From: Candidatus Buchananbacteria bacterium
GTDB taxonomy: Bacteria > Patescibacteriota > Patescibacteriia > Buchananbacterales > UBA6539
Length of the DNA stretch: 64,000 nt
Direction of reading: 5' to 3'
NCBI GenBank assembly: GCA_013359225.1
Contig: JABWCG010000001.1
Coordinates: forward strand, 6,410-70,409
The notes below the pieces were generated by a model. It searched no databases. It was not told the DNA's origin and was given only the letters and a program-made list of their open reading frames with translations. This document shows positions 46,076-55,658 of the stretch, one piece after another. Position numbers and translations under genes: made by a program. How positions within the stretch are numbered: position 1 is the first letter of the stretch; each line of letters starts with the position of its first letter.

Positions 46076-49066
46076 ATGACAAAAAGATTTACCACCTCTT
46101 TTTTGGTCGCCGCCTTTATTGTGTCGGCGTGTCTTTCGTTTACTATGCCGGTCCAGGCGGCTAGCCACAACGGTCAAATTGTTAAAATGAGCGGTTCAAG
46201 CTCTTTATATTATGTTGCTTCCGACGGCAAACGATATGTTTTTCCGAATGAAAAGATATTCAAATCATGGTTTCCGGACTTTCGTGATGTGGTGACTTTA
46301 ACATATGAGGAAATGTCTTCAATGCCACTTGGCGGTAATGTGTTGTATCGCCCGGGAGTGCTACTGGTGAAGATTCAAACAGATCCTCGAATTTATGCTG
46401 TTACTAAAAACGGCGTATTGCGCTGGGTGGAAACTGAAGAAATAGCAAAGTATCTGTATGGCGATAACTGGAATCTCTTAATAGACGATGTTCCGGATTC
46501 ATTTTTTGTGAACTATAAAATTGGAGAGTCAATTGATAGTACGTCTGATTTTAACGCCGATGATGAGGTTTCCGGAGTTGATACGATTGAAGCAAACCAC
46601 GGTTTAGCGCTGGGTAATGCCAAGCGTGCCCGAACCGTCAAATGCCGACTGATTAGTTCTTCAAAAGCTCGTGAGTGTGCGAATATAACCAACGACGACA
46701 CAACTGATGATACGACTGACGATACAGCTAACGACACGCCCAGCAGTGTAAATGGTGAACCGTATATCACAGCAATTCAGGTGTCAAATGGCGGCGAAGA
46801 AGGCTATATTGATACTGGCGACACTATTAAAATCACCTTTAACGAAACAATTGACCCTGATTCAATCAACGCCAATCTGGAAGCGGGCAATGATTATGTC
46901 ACCGATGTTTCGTATTCAGAAACCGGCGGCGTGAAGGTGGCGTCATCGGGAGTGGTGACGGTTACGAATATCGCAGCCTTTGATATGGGGTCGGTTGACT
47001 ACTCAGAAAATTTTGTTACTAAGCTGGCTTTAAGTGCGAGCGGTAAAGTGTTAAGTATCACTTTAACTGCTGGTTCTGATATTGAAATAATCAAAGAAGA
47101 TTTTTCGGATGCTAGCCAAACCGGCGGCACCGTCAAGGATCAAACCGGCAGTAAGATGAAAAGTGACTCTAGTATTTCTGACCCGACCGGAACGTTTGGC
47201 GGTGTGGAAACTGAAAGTCCGTATATTACCGGCATCACTGTAGCCGATGGCGGGGAAGACGGGTATATTGATACTGGCGACAAGATCGAAATTACGTTTA
47301 GTGAAGCCATTGATCCAGAGTCAATTGATAACGATTTGGAAGTCGGTGACTATATCACTAACGTTTCCTATGTTAATACCGGCGGCGTGCGGGTGTCTTC
47401 TTCGGGGAAAGTCACCATCACTAACATCGCTTCGTTTGACATGGGTGCAGTTGATAGCTCGGAAACCTTTACGGTTAAACTGGCGTTAAATTCAACCGGC
47501 AAAGTATTGACTATCACTTTAACTAGCGGGTCGGACTTAGAAATTACTGACGAGAATTTTAGCGAGGCAAGCCAGATTGGTGACATTATCAAGGATCAGG
47601 ACGGTAATAAAATGGCAAGTGATTCCAGTATTGGTGAACCGACAGGTAGCTTTGGCGGCAATGCTAATAATGATGACAGCGATCCATACATCACGGCGAT
47701 TGAAGTGGCCGACGGTGGCGAGGAAGGATATATTGACGTTGGTGATACTATTGAAATTACGTTTAACGAAGCCGTTGATCCGGAATCAATCAATGACGAT
47801 TTGTCAGCCGGTGGGACGGTAACTAATGTATTGTATTCAGAAACCGGCGGCGTGCGAGTGTCTTCAGCCGGTGAATTGATTATCAGTGATATTGCCACAT
47901 TTAATGTCGGTTCAGTTGCTTACTCAAAAACATTTACGGCTAAACTGGCGTTGAGCGCAACTAGCAAAGTGTTAACCATTACTTTGACCGGCGGTTCGGA
48001 CGTTGAAATTACTGACGAAGATTTTGACGATGCTAAACAAACCGGCGGGACAATTAAGGATGAAGACGGTAATGTAATGGAAAGTGACACCAGTATCTCA
48101 GACCCGACCGGAACGTTTGGCGGCAGTTTTGATGACGGCAACGACGACAGCAGCGATCCATACATTACGGCGATGTCCGTTACTAATGGCGGCGATAACG
48201 GATATGTTGATGTCGGGGACGCGATTGCTATTACTTTCAATGAGGCGATTGACCCGGAATCAATCAATGATGATCTTGAAGCCGGCCAGACAGTGACTGG
48301 AGTATCATACTCGGAAACTGGTGGGGTTCGAGTGTCTTCTTCAGGGCAGGTGACTATCAATAACATTGCTGCCTTTGATATCGGCGGTGTAGAAAATTCG
48401 GAAACCTATACGGTTAAATTAGCCCTGAATTCAACCGGTAAGATTTTGACTATTACTTTAACCAGCGGCAATGATCTGGAAATTAACGATGAAGACTTTT
48501 CGGATGCTAGCCAGACCGGTGGTACGTTAAGGGATCAGGATGATAATGAGATGAATAGTGATGCCACCATCAATGATCCGTCTGGAACGTTTGGTGGCAG
48601 CCTTGATGACGGCAGTAACGACGGCGGCAACCCTTCGATCACGACTATTCAGGCAACTAACGGCGGTGATGCTGGGTATATTGATATTGGTGATAAAATC
48701 GAAATCACGTTTAGTGAAGCCATTGACCCGGAATCAATCAACAGCAGCTTGGAAGAGGGGGATTCGGTAACGGGGGTTCCGTACTCGTTAACCGGTGGTG
48801 TGAGTGTTTTTTCAGCCGGCGCGGTGATTATTCAGAACATTGCCATTTTTGACGTCGGATCTGTTTTAGCTCCAGGAACGTTCACTTCCAAGTTGGCGTT
48901 AAATTCAACTGGCAAAGTGTTGACTATTACCATCACCGGCGGTTCGGACGTTAAAATTACTAGTCAAAGTTTAAGCGACGCCAGCCAGACTGGCGGTACG
49001 GTTGAAGATCAGAATGGCAATGAGATGAAAAATTCTAGCGTTAGTACCCCTCGGGGAAGTCTGTAA
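46076..49066 (+). CDS. Large secreted/surface protein with five ~155-aa acidic repeats
   Basis: Signal peptide; CPR-type YY..DGKRYVFPNEK.F.SW domain; repeats P(Y/S)IT...GG..GYID.GD.I.ITF.E..DPESI. Confidence 0.85.
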   Translation: MTKRFTTSFLVAAFIVSACLSFTMPVQAASHNGQIVKMSGSSSLYYVASDGKRYVFPNEKIFKSWFPDFRDVVTLTYEEMSSMPLGGNVLYRPGVLLVKIQTDPRIYAVTKNGVLRWVETEEIAKYLYGDNWNLLIDDVPDSFFVNYKIGESIDSTSDFNADDEVSGVDTIEANHGLALGNAKRARTVKCRLISSSKARECANITNDDTTDDTTDDTANDTPSSVNGEPYITAIQVSNGGEEGYIDTGDTIKITFNETIDPDSINANLEAGNDYVTDVSYSETGGVKVASSGVVTVTNIAAFDMGSVDYSENFVTKLALSASGKVLSITLTAGSDIEIIKEDFSDASQTGGTVKDQTGSKMKSDSSISDPTGTFGGVETESPYITGITVADGGEDGYIDTGDKIEITFSEAIDPESIDNDLEVGDYITNVSYVNTGGVRVSSSGKVTITNIASFDMGAVDSSETFTVKLALNSTGKVLTITLTSGSDLEITDENFSEASQIGDIIKDQDGNKMASDSSIGEPTGSFGGNANNDDSDPYITAIEVADGGEEGYIDVGDTIEITFNEAVDPESINDDLSAGGTVTNVLYSETGGVRVSSAGELIISDIATFNVGSVAYSKTFTAKLALSATSKVLTITLTGGSDVEITDEDFDDAKQTGGTIKDEDGNVMESDTSISDPTGTFGGSFDDGNDDSSDPYITAMSVTNGGDNGYVDVGDAIAITFNEAIDPESINDDLEAGQTVTGVSYSETGGVRVSSSGQVTINNIAAFDIGGVENSETYTVKLALNSTGKILTITLTSGNDLEINDEDFSDASQTGGTLRDQDDNEMNSDATINDPSGTFGGSLDDGSNDGGNPSITTIQATNGGDAGYIDIGDKIEITFSEAIDPESINSSLEEGDSVTGVPYSLTGGVSVFSAGAVIIQNIAIFDVGSVLAPGTFTSKLALNSTGKVLTITITGGSDVKITSQSLSDASQTGGTVEDQNGNEMKNSSVSTPRGSL
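46760..49063 (+). repeat. Five intragenic tandem repeats (459-474 nt spacing)
   Basis: Unit starts at 46760, 47219, 47684, 48158 and 48632. Confidence 0.85.
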
Positions 49067-49082
49067 GTTTTACCTTAAAGAT

Positions 49083-49111
49083 AAAAATGGCCGTAATTTA
49101 CGGCCATTTTT
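49083..49111 (+). terminator. Intrinsic terminator
   Basis: AAAAATGGCCGTAA-t-TTACGGCCATTTTT. Confidence 0.8.
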
Positions 49112-49203
49112 GTTTTGATTACCGGGGTTGAGAATATGACTCTTGACATTCTCGGATGATATTTTACAATAAAAACTTCAACCTTATTTAAATTTTCTAA
49201 TGT

Positions 49204-50985
49204 ATGCTTCAAAGACTAAGAAAGCCGCTGCCTTACATGCGTCTAGGTACCGGCTTGGGTATTTTGGCGTTACTTTCAGTTAACGCCAGCAGCGTTTATG
49301 CGCTTTTTAATCATGCTTCGGACCGTGACTTGCTGGTTGTATTTTTTCAAATCACCGTTATCTGCGGCTTGAGTTTTGCCATTCATTATTTGTCATTATC
49401 GACAAAATTTCCTTCTTTTGTGGTGGCAATCTTTTTTGGGTTGGTCGCTCAGCCGTTGTTAAACCCAATTATTTCTCACCCTGACTCAATGGGGGCACTG
49501 GTCGGTATTGGAGCAACGATGATTTTATTTGGCGGCGGATTAGAAACGCCGCTTCGTAATTTTCGTAAACTTTTTTGGAAAATTAATTCTCTGTCTTTCA
49601 TCGGATTATTTTTAACTGCGTTATTACTTTCATACGTCACGTGGTATTTTGGCTGGTGGGTTGGTACACCAATCAGCGTAATGGCGGCAATTTTGCTGGG
49701 TAGCGCCCTGGCATCAACCGACCCGGCAGCCATTATTCCCGTTCTGAAATATCTGCGCTTTAATAATCGTGAAACAAAAGACATTATCGTTGCCGAAAGC
49801 GCGCTGACTGATGTAACCGGCTCTTTGCTGACAATTATGTTTTTGTCGCTGTTAAGCGGTGGTGTGGTGGTTGCTACAATTTGGCAGGGCTACCAGTCAT
49901 TGTTCACCATCGAAGCACTGGAACTTTTGGTTAAAGAAGTGTTTTTCGGCTTGTTGTTTGGTGGCCTGGGGTATTTATTATTGGAACTATTATTGCGCCT
50001 AAAGCAGCGGTCGCGCCGCGAATATGGTGTTGACGCCGCTTTCTTTATCTTTGTGCCGATGATTTCTTTTACGGCGGCCGTGGCGTTTGGCGGTAGTGGA
50101 TATTTAGCTGCTTTTATTGCCGGATTGTTATTTTCCATGACAGAGAAATTGCAGGACACTGAACATTTTTTCAATCATACCGTCGACGGATTTATGAAGC
50201 CCGTCATCTTTTTATTGCTAGGGACGCTAGTTGATCTGCGCAGCCTGATTGATTATGCCGCCCTGGGTATCGGCGCGGCTTTTGTGTTTATGTTTATTAT
50301 TCGGCCATTGACTGTTTGGATCAGCCTTGGTCCGACAATTTTTTTCAAAAAGAATGGCTTAACGTGGCGTGAGATATGGTTTATCTCGTCGGTTCGCGAG
50401 ACAGGAGCTATTCCGGCAATGTTATTGGTGACTATCGTCAGTATGAACATCGGCAATCTTGAGGGCTTGGTGGCCGTTGGAATGTGGATTATTCTTGCTA
50501 CCCTAGTGATTCAGCCGCCACTGACGCCAGTTATTGCCAACTGGTTAAAGATTGGAACGCCGATTAAAGAAGATGATGAAGGTGAATTGCATTTGAACGG
50601 CTCTGATGCTTTTGTGGTACTTGGTTCCCGCGGCCATTCCCATCAAAAACGTCTGCCCTATGTGATTGACTGGGCTGCCAGGCGGGGCATTGGCAAAGTT
50701 GTGCTGTTGCTATGTCTTGAAGATGACTATTCGCCGGAGTCATTTAAAGAATTAGAAGCAGAAGCAATCAAACAATTTGAAACTATTAATCAGGAGCGCG
50801 AAGCAGCTGGCCAGGTGGCGATAAAGTTTTCAATCGTCGGCCGTAGCGGTTTTCTGCAGGAAAATATTGATGCCATTGCCAGCACTGAAAATAACGTCAT
50901 TGCAATTTTTGTCGGCCGCAAGGTGCTGGATTATCGTCTGTCAGAAATTAAGCGATTGGCAGTGCCATTGTTTTTCCTTGATTAA
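49204..50985 (+). CDS. CPA1 (NhaP-like) cation:proton antiporter with C-terminal soluble domain
   Basis: ILFGGGLE, ASTDPAA, ESALTD, GGSGYLAAF. Confidence 0.88.
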   Translation: MLQRLRKPLPYMRLGTGLGILALLSVNASSVYALFNHASDRDLLVVFFQITVICGLSFAIHYLSLSTKFPSFVVAIFFGLVAQPLLNPIISHPDSMGALVGIGATMILFGGGLETPLRNFRKLFWKINSLSFIGLFLTALLLSYVTWYFGWWVGTPISVMAAILLGSALASTDPAAIIPVLKYLRFNNRETKDIIVAESALTDVTGSLLTIMFLSLLSGGVVVATIWQGYQSLFTIEALELLVKEVFFGLLFGGLGYLLLELLLRLKQRSRREYGVDAAFFIFVPMISFTAAVAFGGSGYLAAFIAGLLFSMTEKLQDTEHFFNHTVDGFMKPVIFLLLGTLVDLRSLIDYAALGIGAAFVFMFIIRPLTVWISLGPTIFFKKNGLTWREIWFISSVRETGAIPAMLLVTIVSMNIGNLEGLVAVGMWIILATLVIQPPLTPVIANWLKIGTPIKEDDEGELHLNGSDAFVVLGSRGHSHQKRLPYVIDWAARRGIGKVVLLLCLEDDYSPESFKELEAEAIKQFETINQEREAAGQVAIKFSIVGRSGFLQENIDAIASTENNVIAIFVGRKVLDYRLSEIKRLAVPLFFLD

Positions 50986-51056
50986 ACAAAATTAGCATTA
51001 TTGTTTAAATAGCCAGCCATTTGCTGGTTATTTTTTAATCGGGTAAGATGAGGATA

Positions 51057-51872
51057 ATGAAACTTACTGCCAGACAAATTAAAAATTTTCGACGCAAGGT
51101 TGATGCCGCATACAAAAAACAGCGGCGAGTTTTTCCGTGGCGGCAAACTAAAGACCCGTATCATATTTTAGTTTCGGAAATTATGTTGCAGCAGACCCAG
51201 GCTGACCGGGTGGTTTCTAAATATCTTGAATTTGTCAAAAAATTTCCAACTGCTAAATCACTGGCGGTGTCGCCGCTGGCTGATGTGTTGAGGGTTTGGC
51301 AGGGTTTGGGGTATAATCGCCGGGCCAAAATGTTGCAGAATGCGGCACGACTAATCGTTGAAGTCTACCAGGGCCAAGTTCCAGACAGTATTGAAGCATT
51401 ACAAAAATTACCCGGGGTTGGGCCCTATACGGCGCGAGCGGTTATGGCCTTTGCCTATGATCGGCCCAGCGTTTTTATTGAAACTAATATTAGAACAGTC
51501 TTTATTCATGAATTTTTTCGCCACCAGAAAAAAGTCGCCGATAGTCAACTGCTACCGTTAATTGCCCAAACCCTAAAAGCAAATCGTCCGGGCGAATGGT
51601 ATTTAGCTTTAATGGATTATGGCGCCGTCTTGAAACGGCTTTATAAGAATCCGTCACGCCGCAGCACTCAATATGTTCGGCAGTCAAAGTTTAATGGTTC
51701 GACCAGACAAATTCGCGGAGCGATTATCCGGGAGTTAAGCGCTCACCACAGGTTAACTGCGCGTCAATTATTCTCGAGTTTGTCGTTTGATACTTTGCGC
51801 GTTCAAGCGGCGTTGGCAGATTTAGTAGCCGAAGGTTTGATTAGGCGTCAAAAAAAAGTTTATTTCTTGTAA
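51057..51872 (+). CDS. mutY: MutY-like adenine glycosylase (HhH-GPD) without FeS motif
   Basis: PWR..DPY..VSEIMLQQTQ, WQGLGYNRRA, LPGVGPYTA. Start 51057 or 51048. Confidence 0.85.
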   Translation: MKLTARQIKNFRRKVDAAYKKQRRVFPWRQTKDPYHILVSEIMLQQTQADRVVSKYLEFVKKFPTAKSLAVSPLADVLRVWQGLGYNRRAKMLQNAARLIVEVYQGQVPDSIEALQKLPGVGPYTARAVMAFAYDRPSVFIETNIRTVFIHEFFRHQKKVADSQLLPLIAQTLKANRPGEWYLALMDYGAVLKRLYKNPSRRSTQYVRQSKFNGSTRQIRGAIIRELSAHHRLTARQLFSSLSFDTLRVQAALADLVAEGLIRRQKKVYFL

Positions 51873-51970
51873 CAGTTGCACTAAACAGCAAACCTTGCCG
51901 GTTATTAGGGGATAGGGTAAGATAGGAAAACCAATCAAATTTGAATTAGTAGTTACACTCTCTGGTATAT

Positions 51971-52843
51971 ATGTCTATTGCTAATTGTCAGCCGGTTAGA
52001 TTTTTGACACCCAAAAGGTTTCGGCTTGATGGGTTATGGTTTTTTGTCCCTAAATCAAAACAGGCGATTATTTTTATTCATGGCCTGGGCAGTACGATGT
52101 TTTGGCCCAGTTTGGTGTATAAACTTTTTGATCGCCACACCTCAGTTTTGACTTTTAATAATCGCGGGCATGATAAAATTTCAAGCCTGAAGCGAATAGG
52201 GAAAAATGGCAAAATCACCAGAGTGCTGGCTGGAGCCGCTCACGAAGTTTTTACCGACTGCGTTGATGATATTCAGGGGGCGGTTAATTTTTGTAAAAAA
52301 CAGGGGATTAAAAAGATTATTTTAGTTGGCCATTCGACTGGCTGTCAAAAAGCCGTTTATTATTTAGCCAAGGCTAAAAATCAAAGACAGATTAGCAAGG
52401 CGGTGTTGCTGTGCCCAATTAGCGATTACGCCGATATGATTAAGTTTAACCGTGCGGCGGTTATTCGGGCCGGCAAATTAGCCCGTCGTTTGGTTAAAAG
52501 TGGCAAACAACATCAGCTATTGCCGCCAGATGTGTGGCCTGGACTGCACGATGCTCAGCGATTTTTAAGTCTGTATACCCCAAACAGTGTTGAAGAAATA
52601 TTTTGTTATGCCACCAGATCTCGTCGGGCAACGGCACTGCAAAAAGTCGCGGTGCCACTTACGATCATTTTTTCTGATCAAGATGAATATTTGGATCGGC
52701 CGGCATCAGAAATTGCTGCTTGGTTTTCTGAAAAACTCGCCGGCAGACAGTTTGCTATTAAAATTATTAGGGGTGCTAATCACGGTTTTGTCGGTTATGA
52801 AAACCAAGTGCTTAAAATTATTCAGTCAACCACAGCATTATAA
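51971..52843 (+). CDS. Alpha/beta hydrolase (DUF1749-like)
   Basis: FIHGL, nucleophile elbow GHSTGCQ, GANHGF. Confidence 0.85.
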   Translation: MSIANCQPVRFLTPKRFRLDGLWFFVPKSKQAIIFIHGLGSTMFWPSLVYKLFDRHTSVLTFNNRGHDKISSLKRIGKNGKITRVLAGAAHEVFTDCVDDIQGAVNFCKKQGIKKIILVGHSTGCQKAVYYLAKAKNQRQISKAVLLCPISDYADMIKFNRAAVIRAGKLARRLVKSGKQHQLLPPDVWPGLHDAQRFLSLYTPNSVEEIFCYATRSRRATALQKVAVPLTIIFSDQDEYLDRPASEIAAWFSEKLAGRQFAIKIIRGANHGFVGYENQVLKIIQSTTAL

Positions 52844-53385
52844 TGGCAATAAATTTTATTAAAACCGCCTTAACTGATTATCGGGTCGGTGCTTTGACAA
52901 GAAGCTCTCACTTTGTAGCGCGGCGCGTGGTTCAAGAATTACTGCCGGCGTATCGTCGTATTGTAGAATACGGTCCAGGAGACGGAGCCATCACAAAATT
53001 ACTGCTGCAGCAGTTGCCAGCCGACGGAAAAATTTTGGCGATTGAGAGTAATCCCGACTTCGCTAGGGGGTTAAAGAACATAGCTGACGTTCGTTTACAA
53101 GTTGTTGAGGCCTTGGCGCAAGAGGTGTCCAAAGATTTTGCGGCTTTTGGTTGGCAAAAAATTGAAGCAGTATTTTCCGGAATTCCGTTTTCATTTTTGA
53201 ATCCTGATTTGAGGCAGCGGATTGTTGATCAAACCTATAACGCTCTTGAGCCGGGCGGGATTTTTTTAGTGTACCAGTATTCAACGTTGATGGCGCCGTA
53301 TCTTAAAAAACGATTCAAGAAGGTTGTGGTTAAATTTGAACCGCGGAATTTTCCGCCATATTTTTTAATGATAGCAAAAAAGTAG
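52843..53385 (+). CDS. Class I SAM methyltransferase, phospholipid N-methyltransferase-like
   Basis: VGALTRSS, VEYGPGDGAIT, SGIPF, YQYS, RNFPP. Confidence 0.8.
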   Translation: MAINFIKTALTDYRVGALTRSSHFVARRVVQELLPAYRRIVEYGPGDGAITKLLLQQLPADGKILAIESNPDFARGLKNIADVRLQVVEALAQEVSKDFAAFGWQKIEAVFSGIPFSFLNPDLRQRIVDQTYNALEPGGIFLVYQYSTLMAPYLKKRFKKVVVKFEPRNFPPYFLMIAKK

Positions 53386-53463
53386 AGCGTGAGATTGACT
53401 TTGTTTTTAGACCAGGTACAATAAACAAAAGCTTAACTTTTTAACCAAAAGGAGAACTAATCT

Positions 53464-55113
53464 ATGAATAACTACGGCAAACTAGTCGCCGGAGTCGTGG
53501 GGTTAGCCGCCCTAGGTATTATTATTGCCGCGACCAGCGGCGTTTTTAATAATCGAGTGTTTACTGATGACGGTATTGACGTACGTAACACCGCCTGTGA
53601 AGATATTGCTTCATCGCGCTTGGCGGTTAATAATGAGTTTGAAGAGCGAAAACAACAAGCTCAAAAGCAACTTGCCGCTGACCGCGACCAGGCTAGTGAT
53701 GATTATTGGGCGCAAAATCGTCAGCTTGAAGACGCATATCATCAGTGTATTTCAGCAGCCTTAACGGCTGATCCGTGCAAAGAGCCATTTGAAGAAGTCG
53801 GTCGATTGTACGAAGAAATTATGGCTGATTTTGAAAATGGTCGGGGGTTTAACGAAGGAAAGTTTCAAGAACGAGAGCGGGCAAAGGAAAAGTACAATAA
53901 ATGTGTTGAGGATGCTCGTAAACCGGAATTTTATAAAGATAAAGAAGCCGAGTGTAATACAGCGTTAGAATCTGGTCGTCAGCTTAATCAGCAGAATCGT
54001 CAGACCGCTGAAGCCGGCGCTCAGGCAAAGTATGAAGCGGCTTTAGCTAAGGCTGAAAATGCTCAAGCTCAAAAGCAGGCGATTTTGGACGCTATTGAGG
54101 AAAAATGTAAGGAGCCTGGCGGTAACACTAATTTGAACATCGGCGCGGTTACAACTGTTGGCGCTGGTACGGAAATTAAATCGGGCAGTCCGGCCTGTAC
54201 GGGAGTGTTTTCGGGTAATGATCCACAGCTACGTAAAAAATTGGCCGATTTGGAAAATCAATTGAATAAAGCCAAGGCGGCCGGCTTGCGTGGTGGACTG
54301 TTTGGTATTGACCACTTGCAGTCAGCAGTTGATGAAGCCAGACAGGCACTTAAAGATTCGCAGCGCACTTGTGAAGTGGATGCTGACTGTGGTGATCCGA
54401 CACCGGTTTGCTGTAGTGGTATGCAGGTTGGCCGGGCGTATTGTAATGATGGTGTTTGTGCCAATGAAACAGTTGATTGTCAAAGTCCGGAGATTTGTGC
54501 CGGTAAACCGGCCGCTTGCGTTGATCCATCAACCGGTGTGCAGCAGCAAGATGGCATCATGATATCCCGAACAATCCCGGAAGTTGGTAGCTGTTCTCAA
54601 AATTTACAAGTGTTGAATTTGCAGCAGGCTGATGCTAATTCGGCCCGCTATGAAATTGTTGGCAATATTCCAGACTGGCTGGGAATTGATAAACCGGGCG
54701 GAATTTTGCCGGCCTCAGTAAACGTGACATATGCGTGTAATACCGTCCAGGGTTTTGGTCCGGGTACTTATACCGTGCAGGGTAGCGTTTTAGTTCGTGA
54801 CGCTGATAATAAATTGGTTAACACCATTCCGCTTAACATTGTGATCACGGTGACACCCTCGGCAACCGACCTAGAAGTTATTGAGTATAATGGTAAATAC
54901 CTGCCGGTCAGTCAGATACACAAATTTACCGGTCCGGAGTGCGATGGCGATGAGCACTGGCATGCCAACAATGGTGTGGTAACTGCTACTGACGGTACAA
55001 CGGTTCCTGACACCAGTGATTGCGGCTATGGTAAAACTAAAAATGTTCCAGTGATAAAGGTTCCCGCCGTTCGGGGTGAGGTTAAAGGATTAGAAGGCCT
55101 GCGAACTAATTAG
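53464..55113 (+). CDS. Cys-rich exported protein with coiled-coil regions
   Basis: N-terminal TM segment; helical regions with spaced Cys; CEVDADC...CC...C cluster; C-terminal CDGDEHWH. Confidence 0.75.
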   Translation: MNNYGKLVAGVVGLAALGIIIAATSGVFNNRVFTDDGIDVRNTACEDIASSRLAVNNEFEERKQQAQKQLAADRDQASDDYWAQNRQLEDAYHQCISAALTADPCKEPFEEVGRLYEEIMADFENGRGFNEGKFQERERAKEKYNKCVEDARKPEFYKDKEAECNTALESGRQLNQQNRQTAEAGAQAKYEAALAKAENAQAQKQAILDAIEEKCKEPGGNTNLNIGAVTTVGAGTEIKSGSPACTGVFSGNDPQLRKKLADLENQLNKAKAAGLRGGLFGIDHLQSAVDEARQALKDSQRTCEVDADCGDPTPVCCSGMQVGRAYCNDGVCANETVDCQSPEICAGKPAACVDPSTGVQQQDGIMISRTIPEVGSCSQNLQVLNLQQADANSARYEIVGNIPDWLGIDKPGGILPASVNVTYACNTVQGFGPGTYTVQGSVLVRDADNKLVNTIPLNIVITVTPSATDLEVIEYNGKYLPVSQIHKFTGPECDGDEHWHANNGVVTATDGTTVPDTSDCGYGKTKNVPVIKVPAVRGEVKGLEGLRTN

Positions 55114-55120
55114 TTCTAAT

Positions 55121-55151
55121 TAAAACAGCCGGCTTAACAGCCGGCTGTTTT
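55121..55151. terminator. Bidirectional terminator
   Basis: TAAAACAGCCGGCT/AGCCGGCTGTTTTA stem between convergent genes. Confidence 0.8.
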
Positions 55152-55214
55152 AGTATTGGTAAAATTTTGTATCAAGTTACTTATTATTAAGGATCACTGA
55201 GAGCCTAAAACCGG

Positions 55215-55544
55215 CTATAAAAATTTTTTGCCGTATTTTCTGACCTCTTCAATAATTTTATGCAGGCCTTTGCCTTTTTTGGTTAGGGAATATTCAACTC
55301 GTGGGGGCTTGCCGGATATTTTTTTGCGAGTAATAAAGCTTTGCTGCTCCAATAACTGGAGTTTCTTGGTTAGGGTTCGCGAGCTAATCCCTTTGAGTGA
55401 ATGCTCAAAATCGCCAAAATGTTTGGTTCCTCCCAGTAAATCACGGATAATTAATACAACATACGAGTCGCCGATAATATCGGCCACCCGGGCGATAGGG
55501 CAGGCAAGAAGATTTTTTTTGCTTTTTTTGGCAGTTCTAAACAT
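55215..55544 (-). CDS. HxlR family winged-helix regulator
   Basis: ACPIARVADIIGD, GISSRTLTKKL, PPRVEYSLT.KG. Confidence 0.92.
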   Translation of the reverse strand: MFRTAKKSKKNLLACPIARVADIIGDSYVVLIIRDLLGGTKHFGDFEHSLKGISSRTLTKKLQLLEQQSFITRKKISGKPPRVEYSLTKKGKGLHKIIEEVRKYGKKFL

Positions 55545-55565
55545 ATCCACATTGTAGCATGGATT

Positions 55566-55592
55566 TAGATACTTTACAATGTAAAGTATCTA
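55566..55592. promoter_or_regulatory. 13-bp perfect inverted repeat, probable HxlR-type operator
   Basis: TAGATACTTTACA-a-TGTAAAGTATCTA between divergent genes. Confidence 0.75.
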
Positions 55593-55658
55593 GTATATAA
55601 TAATCATATTCCTGTTGACTAACAGGAAAATTAACTAATAATTAACCAAAAAAAATCA

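Noticed and set aside
46760-49063. Intragenic repeats as a DGR template/variable repeat pair
   Set aside because: These are five in-frame protein repeats with many synonymous differences, not adenine-specific mismatches.
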